NCBI GenBank assembly: GCA_963713825.1
Contig: CAVQNG010000005.1
Coordinates: forward strand, 128,001 to 192,000
DNA length: 64,000 nt
Source: an uncultured Acidobacteriota bacterium
GTDB taxonomy: Bacteria > Acidobacteriota > Thermoanaerobaculia > Multivoradales > JAHEKO01
Direction: 5' to 3'
The notes beneath the pieces were generated by a model. The model was not told where the DNA came from. It saw only the letters and a program-made list of their open reading frames with translations, and searched no databases. Both the position numbers and the translations under genes were made by a program. Shown piece by piece: positions 47,463 to 57,055 of the stretch; positions within the stretch are counted from its first letter, which is position 1, and each line of letters opens with the position of its first letter.

Positions 47463-47873
47463 ATGGCAGGAAGCAAGAACGACTCAACCACCGGCGATCT
47501 CCATTCCGACCATCTCGCCGCTCATGAGGACCACGCGGCCTGGCTGGAAGACCTGAATCGGTGGCGTGGCGAGTATCAGGCGGCACTCATGGACCTGGCC
47601 CGGCGCGTTCTGCCCGATCTCGAGCTCGAGAACTACGAGACTGCTCTGGACCGCCACGAGGCGGCCATTCTGGCTCACGAAGATCTTCTACACAGCCACG
47701 AGGAGGCGGTTGGGTTCAGCAAGAGACTCGGGGAAGGGACCTCAGAAGAGTACGAGCTGGTGCATGCCCAGCTGGACACCAGGCACGGGCGCTCCTCGAA
47801 AGCACATCAGCACCTGGAGAGAACCCACCAGGCCATTCTTCGAGCCATGGAGATGCTGGCCAGAAAGCTCTGA
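47463..47873 (+). CDS. His-rich helical hypothetical protein
   Basis: AGGGGAG SD; 13 His, many at heptad spacing. Confidence 0.8.
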   Translation: MAGSKNDSTTGDLHSDHLAAHEDHAAWLEDLNRWRGEYQAALMDLARRVLPDLELENYETALDRHEAAILAHEDLLHSHEEAVGFSKRLGEGTSEEYELVHAQLDTRHGRSSKAHQHLERTHQAILRAMEMLARKL

Positions 47874-47944
47874 GGTTCTGGGCTGTCTAGCTGCGGGTCG
47901 GTTCTTGCGGCCGACCCGAGAGTCTCTGTTCGCAGCAGTAGGGT

Positions 47945-48127
47945 CTAGCTGCCGGCTGGGCGGCGGCGCTTTCTTCGCTTGCCATTCTGCTTGCGGCGCT
48001 TGGGCCCTTTGGCAGCTTGGTTGCCACCAACCATGGAGCCTTCGCCGCCGTGCTCGGGGCAGACCAGGGACTTGGTGCTCCTGAAGGGGCGCAAGCAGAT
48101 CCGGCAGTACGATTCCGTTCCAGACAT
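47945..48127 (-). CDS. Small putative Zn-binding protein with Arg/Lys-rich tail (60 aa)
   Basis: ATG 48127 after GGAGA; CRIC...CPEH; KRRKQNGKRRKRRR. Confidence 0.55.
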   Translation of the reverse strand: MSGTESYCRICLRPFRSTKSLVCPEHGGEGSMVGGNQAAKGPKRRKQNGKRRKRRRPAGS

Positions 48128-48338
48128 AGGGTCTCCGTTGGGGTCGGCTCGCGTCAGAGGCGACGAGCCAGCTCGAGCTTGGGGGTACTCCGTCCGAAGG
48201 ACGTTTCCCACTCGTTTCTACATTGTAGCCTAAACAGGTGGTGCCAGCCTAGCAATGACTTCTTACGCCATGGAGTAAGACCGGGCACGCCAGTGGTTAT
48301 AGGTGGCAGAGACCGCTCTGTTCTAGAATAACTCCTGC

Positions 48339-49379
48339 ATGCTGACTTCCGAGACGGGTCGTGCCGAGGCCATCCGCCGCCTGGTGGATGAGGGCGAAGC
48401 GTTGGGTATTCCACGCGCCGAGCTCCTCGACGCGGCGCAGGTCGAAGCCTCGGCGCTCGATGATCCCGATGGACGAGTTCCCGTCAGCAAGTACTGGGAC
48501 CTGTGGCGATTCATCGCCGGAGAGGTACCCGACCCGGACCTGGGTCTGAAGCTGGGTCAACAGGTCCAGGTTCGAGATACCGGCATCGTCGGCTACGCAA
48601 TGTTGCACAGTTCTACGCTTGGGGGGGGGCTCGAGAGACTGGCCCGCTACGGCAAGATCTTCACTCAGCGGGCCGACCTGTCGTTGGAGCCAGCTGGCAC
48701 CCAGTGGCGATTCATCCAGCATCGACCGCCTCTCTACCGGAGCCTGCGCCAGGTCACGGACGGCCGGATCGCAGCCGTCCTCAGCGTCTGTCGCCAGATC
48801 ACGGGCCGCGACTTGGATCCGACACTTGTGCGGCTACCCTATCCGCGACCGGAAGACATCAGCGTCCATCGGCAGCTTTTTCGTTCGGATCTGGACTTCG
48901 GGGAGCGCACCTGGAGTATGGACTTCCGAGCTCGCGACCTGGCGCTACCGCTGATTGCCGCCGACGAAACTCTGGCAGGCTATCTCGACGAAGTGGCGGC
49001 TCTCAGGCTGGAGGAGCTGCCGCAGGACGAATCGTTCACGGACCGTGTGCGCCGGATCGTCTGGGCCCATCTCAGTGAAGGGCAGCCATCGGTGGCGAGG
49101 GTGGCCTCCGAGCTGGCGGTGAGTGGCCGCACTCTCCAGCGGCGCCTGAGAGAAGAAGGCCACTCTTTTGCGGAACTCGTCGAAACGCTACGCAAGCAGA
49201 AGGCCGAGGCGCTGCTAAAGGACAAGCACCTGGCGATCTACGAGGTTGGATATCTGCTCGGCTACTCGGATGCGACAGCTTTCTACCGAGCCTTCCGTAG
49301 GTGGTACGGAAAGTCGCCTCGGGAATACCGTCAGTTGAGCAGCTCGCAGGGCAGCAGAGGGAACTCCGCGAGCGTCTGA
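48339..49379 (+). CDS. AraC family transcriptional regulator (OruR-type)
   Basis: DPDGRVP, GIVGYAM; SGRTLQRRLREEG, LGYSDATAFYRAFRRWYGKSPREYR. Confidence 0.93.
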   Translation: MLTSETGRAEAIRRLVDEGEALGIPRAELLDAAQVEASALDDPDGRVPVSKYWDLWRFIAGEVPDPDLGLKLGQQVQVRDTGIVGYAMLHSSTLGGGLERLARYGKIFTQRADLSLEPAGTQWRFIQHRPPLYRSLRQVTDGRIAAVLSVCRQITGRDLDPTLVRLPYPRPEDISVHRQLFRSDLDFGERTWSMDFRARDLALPLIAADETLAGYLDEVAALRLEELPQDESFTDRVRRIVWAHLSEGQPSVARVASELAVSGRTLQRRLREEGHSFAELVETLRKQKAEALLKDKHLAIYEVGYLLGYSDATAFYRAFRRWYGKSPREYRQLSSSQGSRGNSASV

Positions 49380-49537
49380 TCTTCCGCCAACTGCTCGGCA
49401 AAGACCACCGCATCTTCGAAACTGCGAAAACTGCCGACTGGTACCGGACTGGCTTCGCCATCCGTGGTCAGATTGCGGTAGAGGCCGGTTTCGGAGTCGT
49501 ACTCCTCGATCTCGACCCAGAGCTTGAAGAACTTCAT
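49331..49537 (-). CDS. Small acidic hypothetical protein (68 aa) overlapping the AraC 3' end
   Basis: MKFFKLWVEIEEYD...GSFRSFEDAVVFAEQL has protein-like composition; fills the gap before the divergent transpeptidase. Confidence 0.5.
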   Translation of the reverse strand: MKFFKLWVEIEEYDSETGLYRNLTTDGEASPVPVGSFRSFEDAVVFAEQLAEDQTLAEFPLLPCELLN

Positions 49538-49652
49538 GGTGAGAGTGATAGTTTCAGGAGTAGGAAACCACACACAGGACTCAGCGCGCCATCTTGTTTG
49601 TATCGCACGCCACGCCCGATCGGGTGGGGTCTACGAGAGAGGGATTCAGAGC

Positions 49653-51332
49653 ATGACGCTGAAGAGGTCACAGGGCCAGACTTGGGGTATCGGATTGTGG
49701 CTCATGGCCACGGGAATCTCTGGTTTTGCCGCCGCGGCTGCTGATCTGCCGACCGCTATCGAGGAGAGGCTGTCCGGACCGATCTTGCCGCAGGTCAGAG
49801 AGTTCAGGGATTTCGAGCTCCTGTTCGGTGAGCTCTCGGCGTTTTACGAGCGTCGCGAATTCCGGCCGGCCTGGATCGAGAACCGACGACTGTCCGGGTC
49901 GGCTCGACGGGTTCTCGGCGTACTTGGAAGTGCTGAGGTGCACGGTCTTCGGTCAGGCGACTACCTGGCTGGCCCTTTGGCGACCGCAGGACCCCTGACC
50001 GCGAATGATACGGATTCGGCGGCCTTGGCCCTGATCGACATCGCCTTGACGGGGCAGACGATGCGCTACATCAAGGACCTTCACGCCGGTCGCTTTACCC
50101 CCAAGGATGTGAAGCTCGGTTTGGACATCCAGCACAAGGAGCTCGATCTCGCGTACGAGATGCAGAACCTATTGCAGGTTTCCGACGTGCAGGGGTTCCT
50201 CGAGTCCTACGCCCCTCGCCATCGGGGCTACGACAGGCTCAAGGAGCAGCTCGCTTACTACCGGAAGCTCGCCCAGGAGGACGACTGGCAACCCCTGGAC
50301 GATGCGAGAGTTCTCAAAGAGGGGGACGACTATCCTCAGGCAGACCGCTTGCGCCAGCGACTGGGATTGACGGGTGATCTGCCTCGAGCAACCAGCTCCG
50401 CGGCACCTATCTACGATGCGGAGCTGGCAGCCGCGGTCGCGCGCTTCCAAACCCGGCACGGTCTGGAACCCGACGCGATCATCGGTGAGAAGACCTTTGC
50501 GCAGCTCAATCGACCCTGGGGCGATCGCGTGGCGCAAATCGCGGTCAGCCTGGAACGCTGGCGTTGGGTTCCGGATGACACCGAAGACCGGCTGGTCGTC
50601 GTCAACGTGCCCTCTTTCTGGTTACGGGCGTTTGATGACATTCATCGACCCGAAATCAGTGCCGTCGATTCGCGGGTCGTCGTCGGCAAGACGTACAGCC
50701 AGTTCCGCACGCCCATCTTCAACGGCGTACTGCAGTATCTGGACTTTCGGCCCTACTGGAATATCCCCTGGAGCCTGGTGCAACGGGAGATCGCTCCTCA
50801 TCTCGACGAGCCCGGTTACCTGGACCAGCACGACTACGAGATCGTGCGCGAGTTCGGACACCATGCCCAGGGCTTGCCGGCAACCCGGGAGAACCTCGAG
50901 AAGGTGAAGCAGGGCAAGCTCTTGCTGCGGCAAAGGCCGGGACCCAAGAACGCTCTGGGGGAAGTGAAGTTCATCTTTCCCAACGAGCACAACGTCTATC
51001 TGCACAGCACGCCCGCCAAGACCCTGTTCGCGAAATCGAGGCGCGACTTCAGCCACGGTTGTATCCGCGTCGCGGATCCGGTCGGGCTGGCGGAGTGGAT
51101 GCTCTCTGATCAGCCTGATTGGGATCGCCAGGCCATCGAGCGCGCGATGGGGAAGGGGGCGCCGACAAGAGTGCCGATTACTCAGCGCACCCCGGTGTGG
51201 ATTCTCTACGTCACCTCGTTGGTGGATTCGAAGAGCGGAGATCTCTACTTCTGGGATGATATCTATGGCTTGGACAAAGCGCTTGCTGAGGCGCTAGGAC
51301 ATGACCTCCGCAGTCTTTTGGCGACAAACTAG
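49653..51332 (+). CDS. L,D-transpeptidase, YcbB/LdtD family
   Basis: PG-binding FQTRHGL, VVNVPSF, VVVGK, RQRPGPKNALGEVKFIFPN, YLHSTP, FSHGCIRV. Confidence 0.93.
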   Translation: MTLKRSQGQTWGIGLWLMATGISGFAAAAADLPTAIEERLSGPILPQVREFRDFELLFGELSAFYERREFRPAWIENRRLSGSARRVLGVLGSAEVHGLRSGDYLAGPLATAGPLTANDTDSAALALIDIALTGQTMRYIKDLHAGRFTPKDVKLGLDIQHKELDLAYEMQNLLQVSDVQGFLESYAPRHRGYDRLKEQLAYYRKLAQEDDWQPLDDARVLKEGDDYPQADRLRQRLGLTGDLPRATSSAAPIYDAELAAAVARFQTRHGLEPDAIIGEKTFAQLNRPWGDRVAQIAVSLERWRWVPDDTEDRLVVVNVPSFWLRAFDDIHRPEISAVDSRVVVGKTYSQFRTPIFNGVLQYLDFRPYWNIPWSLVQREIAPHLDEPGYLDQHDYEIVREFGHHAQGLPATRENLEKVKQGKLLLRQRPGPKNALGEVKFIFPNEHNVYLHSTPAKTLFAKSRRDFSHGCIRVADPVGLAEWMLSDQPDWDRQAIERAMGKGAPTRVPITQRTPVWILYVTSLVDSKSGDLYFWDDIYGLDKALAEALGHDLRSLLATN

Positions 51333-51379
51333 GCTCGAGAGGTCAGTCGAATAGAGACCTCGGAGCAACGCCTGAGGAA

Positions 51380-51413
51380 ACGGCCACCGGCGACGGAAGT
51401 CACCGGTGGCCGT
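51380..51413. terminator. Strong hairpin between convergent genes
   Basis: ACGGCCACCGGCGAC-GGAA-GTCACCGGTGGCCGT. Confidence 0.7.
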
Positions 51414-51438
51414 CTGGCCTCTAGCTACGATCTGACGA

Positions 51439-52896
51439 CTAGTCCTTGCCGTAGCGGCTCTTGAATTCCTCCTGAGCTGCTTTTCGCTTCTCCCGCTCCT
51501 CGGGACTCAGATTGCCGGTGTACCAGGCATGCTCTGGTCGTGCCAGGAGCTCCTCGATCGCGGCGGCGAGCTTGGTGCCACCGGCCACGATAGCCGGGTC
51601 CTCGGAGTGAAGGCTCTTTTCAGCGATTTCCTTCAATTCGGGTATGAACTTGGAGTACCAGTGCTTGGCCACTTCGTAAAGACCATGCCAATGGGTGTAG
51701 TCGGGCGCCATCATCGAAGCGCCGTGGCGCGCGACCCGGCCTTCATGGTGCCAGATCTCCCACCAGGTCCACTCCACATCCTCGTCGAATGGGACCTCGG
51801 TGATCAGTCCGTTCTCCTTGAGGAGTTTCATGAATGCAATGCCCGGGCTGGCGAACTTGGAGTTGTAGAGCTCGACAACGCCGTCGTACTGCTCGTAGAA
51901 GTTCTCGACGTAGGGGCCGGTATGGCAGACCGTGCAGACTTCCACCATATTGGCCCGACGCTCTTTCCAACCCACCTGGGCCATCTTTTCGAGCCCAAGC
52001 TTCGCATCGGAGATCTCGGGGCGAATCGACGCTGGCGGACGGTTGTTCCAGCTGATCCTGAGGCCCACGTCATGCGTCACCGGTACCAGCTTGCCGCTGG
52101 AGGTGCGCACAGCCGACATATGGCAGGTGGCGCATGTGGGAGCATCGGTGTAGTCCTCGCCGAGAACCCACTTGGAGCTGTCTAGGTTGAGGTCGTCTTG
52201 ATGCGCCTCGTAGGCGATGCCGTGCTTCGACTCCTCGTAGATTTCCTTCTGAGGGTGGTCGGGTCCCAAGTGACACTTGCCGCAGTTCTCGGGGCGACGA
52301 GCCTGCTCCGCGGAGAAGGCGTGCCGCTGATGGCAAGCGGTGCAGGCACCGTGGGAGCCATCGGGATTGACCCTGCCCATGCCGGTGTTGGGCCAGCCTG
52401 TCGGCGCCAGGGAGCCGTCTTCGTTGACCTCGACCACACCGCCATGGCACTGCTTGCAACCGCTGACGGTCAAGGCAGAGCCGCCATAGAAGTTGGTGTC
52501 GCCTTCGACGATATCGGCCAAGAAGTTGTCAAGGGAACCGAGGATGAGGCCCGCCTTGGCGTGGTGACTCTCGTCGAACTCGGTGACCTCTTTCTCGTGG
52601 CATCGGGCGCAGTCCTGCGGTGAGACGATGATGCTGATCTGATAGCCGGAGTGCTCGAATGCGTCAGGATCCCCGGCCTCCGCCTTGTGGCACTCATAGC
52701 AGCCGATGTTGCCGCGGTAGTGCTTCGAGGAACCCCACTGCTGATAGATGCCGGCTGTCTCGGACGCGTGGCACTCGAGGCACTCGAGCGATACGTCCGA
52801 CATGCTCGTCGGTGTCGTCTTCTGTGCCATCCCCACCGCAGCCACCATGAACCCAAGACAGATGACGACGAGGGACCGTCGTGTAGCTGTGCTCAT
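51439..52896 (-). CDS. Octaheme cytochrome c, hydroxylamine oxidoreductase (HAO) family
   Basis: Eight CxxCH motifs; CHLGPDHPQKEIYEESKHG; WHHEGR; signal peptide. Confidence 0.9.
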   Translation of the reverse strand: MSTATRRSLVVICLGFMVAAVGMAQKTTPTSMSDVSLECLECHASETAGIYQQWGSSKHYRGNIGCYECHKAEAGDPDAFEHSGYQISIIVSPQDCARCHEKEVTEFDESHHAKAGLILGSLDNFLADIVEGDTNFYGGSALTVSGCKQCHGGVVEVNEDGSLAPTGWPNTGMGRVNPDGSHGACTACHQRHAFSAEQARRPENCGKCHLGPDHPQKEIYEESKHGIAYEAHQDDLNLDSSKWVLGEDYTDAPTCATCHMSAVRTSSGKLVPVTHDVGLRISWNNRPPASIRPEISDAKLGLEKMAQVGWKERRANMVEVCTVCHTGPYVENFYEQYDGVVELYNSKFASPGIAFMKLLKENGLITEVPFDEDVEWTWWEIWHHEGRVARHGASMMAPDYTHWHGLYEVAKHWYSKFIPELKEIAEKSLHSEDPAIVAGGTKLAAAIEELLARPEHAWYTGNLSPEEREKRKAAQEEFKSRYGKD

Positions 52897-52971
52897 CAGG
52901 TCTCCTTTCCCTGGCTGGAATTGATTCGACGCTGAGAGTCGTCTAGTCGTGTGCCCTCTCAGCGGGTGTTG

Positions 52972-54198
52972 CTATATCTTGAACGATGTCCAAACCCAGA
53001 TCTTGCTCACGTCGACGGAGAATTCATCGGCGTTGTAGAACGCACCCTTGAGGCCGAAACCCTGCCTCCAGGGCGCCGTGTAGCCCAGATTGAAGTCGAA
53101 CTCATCCCCGTACTTGGCACCACCCGTATCGGCACCGAACGAGTGGTAGACGACGGTCCAAGCCATCGGGCCGAACTTCCCGTTCAGTTGCAAGAAGAGA
53201 TCCTGCAGTCCATTCGTCGGCGTGTTGAGGAAGCGGTCGGCCCAACCGTTGAACTTGTGCAAGGTAGCCAGCGGCGTCCTGAACTGGCCATCGGACTCAC
53301 TGCCGCCGAGCACCTCGTAGCCGAGCTTGACGGTCAGCGGTTTGAAGGCCCCGCCGGCCATCAGAAAGTAGTAGGAAGCGTCGATGGAGTTGGGGTTGTC
53401 AGCGTAGTCGCCTTGTTGAGCGTACTCGAGCTCGTACAGGACGGAGGTATTGTCGCTTACAGCGTACTTGCCAGCGAACTCGGCTCCCCAAGTCGAGGTC
53501 GAGTTACCGTAGCTGTCGATCTGGGTGTAGTCGAGCCAGTATGCGTAGGGTGTCAGCTTGCCGACGTCGCCGAGCTTGACTCCGACATTGAGCAGATGAC
53601 TCGACATGTCGGCGACTGCGCCGGTGATCCGATTCACCTTGCTCACGTAGCTGTAGAAGACGTCGACCCGCTGGAGTGAGTTGTTGGCGAAGGTGAACGC
53701 GTCGAAGGACTGATGGTTCTGGCGCCAGCCGACGTTACCGACAAACCGGGCATCACCGACGATGATCTCTTCACGGCCCAGCTGCAACTTGTTGTCGGTG
53801 TTCTGCCATTGGAGGTAGGCCTGGTTGATTTCGGTGAGTGCCGGATCTGCGACCGTCGGCCTGTCCGTCACCCCGTTACTCAAAGAGCCGTATCCGGCAT
53901 TCCGGTAGAGGTCGTTGCCGATGACCGTGATGTTCTCGGCTTCGACCAGGAAGCTGAGTCCTTTCCAGGCCCCAGACTTGTAGCCGAGGGCGGTGCGAAG
54001 TGTGGAAGCATGAGCCGGCTTGTCGAAGCTATCGTCCTCCTCCACGTTCTCGTACCGATAGCGAAAATTGAGAATGGGCTTGCCCTTGGTGACCGCGTCG
54101 GCAAGTGTAAGTTCCTCTTGCTCCTCCTCGGCGGCCAGCGGCATTGCAGGAACCATCAGCAGTGCCAACAGGACACCGCACAACAGTAGGCGCGTCAT
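52972..54198 (-). CDS. Alginate-export (AlgE)-like outer-membrane beta-barrel
   Basis: Signal peptide; RYRYE, EINQAYL, RFVGNVGWRQNHQSFDA, TPLATLHKFNGWADRF. Confidence 0.85.
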   Translation of the reverse strand: MTRLLLCGVLLALLMVPAMPLAAEEEQEELTLADAVTKGKPILNFRYRYENVEEDDSFDKPAHASTLRTALGYKSGAWKGLSFLVEAENITVIGNDLYRNAGYGSLSNGVTDRPTVADPALTEINQAYLQWQNTDNKLQLGREEIIVGDARFVGNVGWRQNHQSFDAFTFANNSLQRVDVFYSYVSKVNRITGAVADMSSHLLNVGVKLGDVGKLTPYAYWLDYTQIDSYGNSTSTWGAEFAGKYAVSDNTSVLYELEYAQQGDYADNPNSIDASYYFLMAGGAFKPLTVKLGYEVLGGSESDGQFRTPLATLHKFNGWADRFLNTPTNGLQDLFLQLNGKFGPMAWTVVYHSFGADTGGAKYGDEFDFNLGYTAPWRQGFGLKGAFYNADEFSVDVSKIWVWTSFKI

Positions 54199-54350
54199 GA
54201 ATCTCTTCTCCCTTCGTGAAGATCTCAAAGCTAACAGAGACAGGATTCCCGGGCCGTCGATCGGACTCGGGCTGTCGCTGGGACCGTCAGCTGTCAGTCT
54301 CCAGTCTAGAGATGCAACGGGCACACCTGTATGACGGTGATCAGCTCAAT

Positions 54351-54445
54351 GGGCTTGGGGGTTGAGGCGTTCGGACTCCGTCCGACCGGTCGTTGAGGGC
54401 TTGGGGTTGAGCTGGCCGCACTTCGTGTCGGCCCGCCCCTGAGGC
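54351..54445 (+). repeat. Module C mini-array
   Basis: GGGCTTGGGGGTTGAG and TTGAGGGCTTGGGGTTGAG; spacers TCGGAC-TCC-GTCCGA and CAC-TTC-GTG hairpins. Confidence 0.85.
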
Positions 54446-54453
54446 AGCGGGGT

Positions 54454-55842
54454 TTACGTTGTCGTGAGCTTCTCGACGTCTTCGACGGTCTTCGGGATGG
54501 GCTCGCCCAAAACTCGGTGGCCGTCTGCTGTCACCAGAACATCGTCCTCGATCCTCACGCCTCCGAAGTCCTTCCAGGAGTCGAGCTTCTCGTATTCGAT
54601 GAAGTCGGGGTGGCGATTTTCCTCGCGCCACTGGTCGATGAGGTCGGGAATGAAGTAGAGGCCGGGCTCAATGGTCACGACGAAGCCCGGTTTGAGGGCC
54701 CTTGCCAGACGCAGGGAGCGGCGCCCGAACTGGGGACTCCGCTCGGCCTCATCGCCATAGCCGACCAGGTCCTCGCTGAGGCCTTCCATGTCGTGCACGT
54801 CCAACCCCATCATGTGGCCGAGACCGTGTGGGAAGAACAGGGCATGGGCCCCCGCAGTCACAGACTCCTCGACACTACCCTTCATGAGGCCCAGCTCCTG
54901 CAGGCCTTCGGTAAGCCGCTTGCAGGCCAGCAGATGGACATCCTCGAACCGGGTCTCGGGCTCGACAGCTGCGATCGAGTCCATCTGAGCCCGCAGGACG
55001 GTTTCGTAGACCTGTTTCTGTCGATCGTCGAACGGGGCGCCGATCGGGAAGGACCTCGTAATGTCGCTGGCATAGTGAGTCTGGGAATTGGCACCGGCAT
55101 CCAGAATCACCACATCCCCCGTTTCGAGCGTGTTGCCGTGCTTGTGGTTGTGGAGGACCTCGCCGTGCTTCGAGAAGATGATCGGAAAAGCCAGCGCCGA
55201 GCCGTGACTGCTGACCAGCCCATCAATCGCCCCAACCACCTCTTGCTCCTTCATCCCCGGTCGGCTCATGCGCATGGCCAGGACGTGCATGTCGGCGGCC
55301 ACAGCAAGAGCCTTCTCGATCTCGGTCACCTCCTCGTCGGTCTTCAACAATCGCTGCTCGACGACCGCACGGATCAACTCCCTGGAGACACATTGCGCGA
55401 CATCGGAGCTCGGGATTTTGAGCAGTGTCTCGGTTTTGAGGATGGCTTCGGCTCGGCTGGGAGGTAGGAAGTGAACACTGCGCCCCATGTCGGTTCCTGC
55501 GCCGACAACGACCTCGAGCTTCGATAGCGGCTGGCAGTCGGCGACACCCACCTGTGCACCCAGCTCGGCCAGGGTTGGCTGTGGTCCGGTCCAGACGATC
55601 TCCTCGAGGCTGGCGTCGTCACCGAACAGCGACGCTGTGTCACTGTCGACGTCGATCAGACCTGCCAGGCCGGGGGAATCGATGCCGAAGTAGTAGAGAA
55701 ACGAGCTGTCTTGACGAAACGGGTAGGGGTTGTCCGCATAGTTCATCGGGCTCTCGTCATGGCCGAGGAATAGAATGAGTCCGGAGCCCATGGCCTCCAT
55801 CAAATGACGGCGCCGCTCGATGTAGGTCTCTGTTGCCAGCAT
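54454..55842 (-). CDS. pepP: Xaa-Pro aminopeptidase (M24B)
   Basis: FRQDSSFLYYFG, DAGA, YASDITR, HGLGHMMGLDVHD, TIEPG, GVRIEDD. Confidence 0.92.
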   Translation of the reverse strand: MLATETYIERRRHLMEAMGSGLILFLGHDESPMNYADNPYPFRQDSSFLYYFGIDSPGLAGLIDVDSDTASLFGDDASLEEIVWTGPQPTLAELGAQVGVADCQPLSKLEVVVGAGTDMGRSVHFLPPSRAEAILKTETLLKIPSSDVAQCVSRELIRAVVEQRLLKTDEEVTEIEKALAVAADMHVLAMRMSRPGMKEQEVVGAIDGLVSSHGSALAFPIIFSKHGEVLHNHKHGNTLETGDVVILDAGANSQTHYASDITRSFPIGAPFDDRQKQVYETVLRAQMDSIAAVEPETRFEDVHLLACKRLTEGLQELGLMKGSVEESVTAGAHALFFPHGLGHMMGLDVHDMEGLSEDLVGYGDEAERSPQFGRRSLRLARALKPGFVVTIEPGLYFIPDLIDQWREENRHPDFIEYEKLDSWKDFGGVRIEDDVLVTADGHRVLGEPIPKTVEDVEKLTTT

Positions 55843-56098
55843 TAGATTTCCCTCCCTTTAAATCCGGCAGGTTCCCCCTGCCCAATCAGCAAACCCTTCG
55901 AATCAAATCAGCCGAGTCCGGCTCGCAGTTTCAAACCTAGGCGGGACATGCGAAGTCTATACAATCAGCCTCTGAGATGTGCAGCAAGTGCAAGGCTTTG
56001 GGAACGGCTCGCCAAGCACTGGACAGGGGTCGGATCGAGGCCGAGATTGTCGGCGAGAGGGTGCGAGTGCAGGTAGCCGAGATGGGTAGTGTAGAGCG

Positions 56099-57055
56099 AT
56101 GACCGGGAACCTCTTGCCGCCAGCGATCGATGTCGTGGACTCCCATACAGAAGGGGAGCCGACTCGGGTGGTCATCGATGGCTGGCCGTCCTGTGAGGGT
56201 GAGTCGATGCGGGCTCGTCGGGATTTTCTCGAGGCTCATCACGACCATCTGAGGCGGGCCGTGGTCTGTGAGCCACGCGGCCATGATGCCATCGTCGGGG
56301 CCGTATTGACCCCGCCGGTGGAGGAGGGCTCCCTGGCAGGAGTGATCTTCTTCAACAATGTCGGATATCTCGGCATGTGTGGCCACGGGCTGATAGGAGT
56401 CGTGCGAACACTTGCTGATCTGGACCGACTCGAGAGCAACCATATCCGTCTCGACACGCCAGTGGGCCAGGTGGCCGCCGAGCTTGGCGACGATGGCACG
56501 ATTACCATCGAAAACGTCCCCGCTCGATGCCACTCTCTGGACGTCGAGGTCGATGTGCCGGACCTGGGTCGGCTCGTGGGCGATGTAGCCTGGGGTGGGA
56601 ACTGGTTCTTTCTCGCCCATCTCGAAGGCCACTCCCTCGACCTGGACAACGTCGGCCGCCTGCTGGTGACCACCTCGAGAATTCGCTCTCGGCTCGATGA
56701 GCTCGGTCTAGCCGGCGAGGGCGAGGTGATCGATCATGTCGAGCTTTTCGGCCCGCCGAAGCGTGAGGATGCGGACAGTCGGAATTTCGTGCTCTGCCCG
56801 GGCGGTGAGTACGACCGGTCGCCCTGTGGCACCGGTACCTCGGCCAAGATGGCTGTTCTCCACGCGCGGGGTGAGTTGGCGGTCGGCGAGCTTTGGCGTC
56901 AGGAGAGCATCACCGGCAGCCGCTTTGTGGGTTGGCTTTCCGAGGCGGGGAACGAGTTGATTCCGCACATTCGCGGTCGGGCCTTTGTCACGGCTCGGAC
57001 CACCCTTCTTTTCGACCCCGACGACTTCTTCCGCGAAGGCTTCAGCGCCCGGTGA
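56099..57055 (+). CDS. 4-hydroxyproline 2-epimerase (proline racemase family)
   Basis: DSHTEGEPTR, EPRGH, GMCGHG, DRSPCGTGTSA (Cys/Cys pair). Confidence 0.9.
   Translation: MTGNLLPPAIDVVDSHTEGEPTRVVIDGWPSCEGESMRARRDFLEAHHDHLRRAVVCEPRGHDAIVGAVLTPPVEEGSLAGVIFFNNVGYLGMCGHGLIGVVRTLADLDRLESNHIRLDTPVGQVAAELGDDGTITIENVPARCHSLDVEVDVPDLGRLVGDVAWGGNWFFLAHLEGHSLDLDNVGRLLVTTSRIRSRLDELGLAGEGEVIDHVELFGPPKREDADSRNFVLCPGGEYDRSPCGTGTSAKMAVLHARGELAVGELWRQESITGSRFVGWLSEAGNELIPHIRGRAFVTARTTLLFDPDDFFREGFSAR

Noticed and set aside
54325-54350. FNR/CRP-type box upstream of the porin-HAO unit
   Set aside because: TTGAGCTGATCAC does not fit TTGAT-N4-ATCAA spacing.
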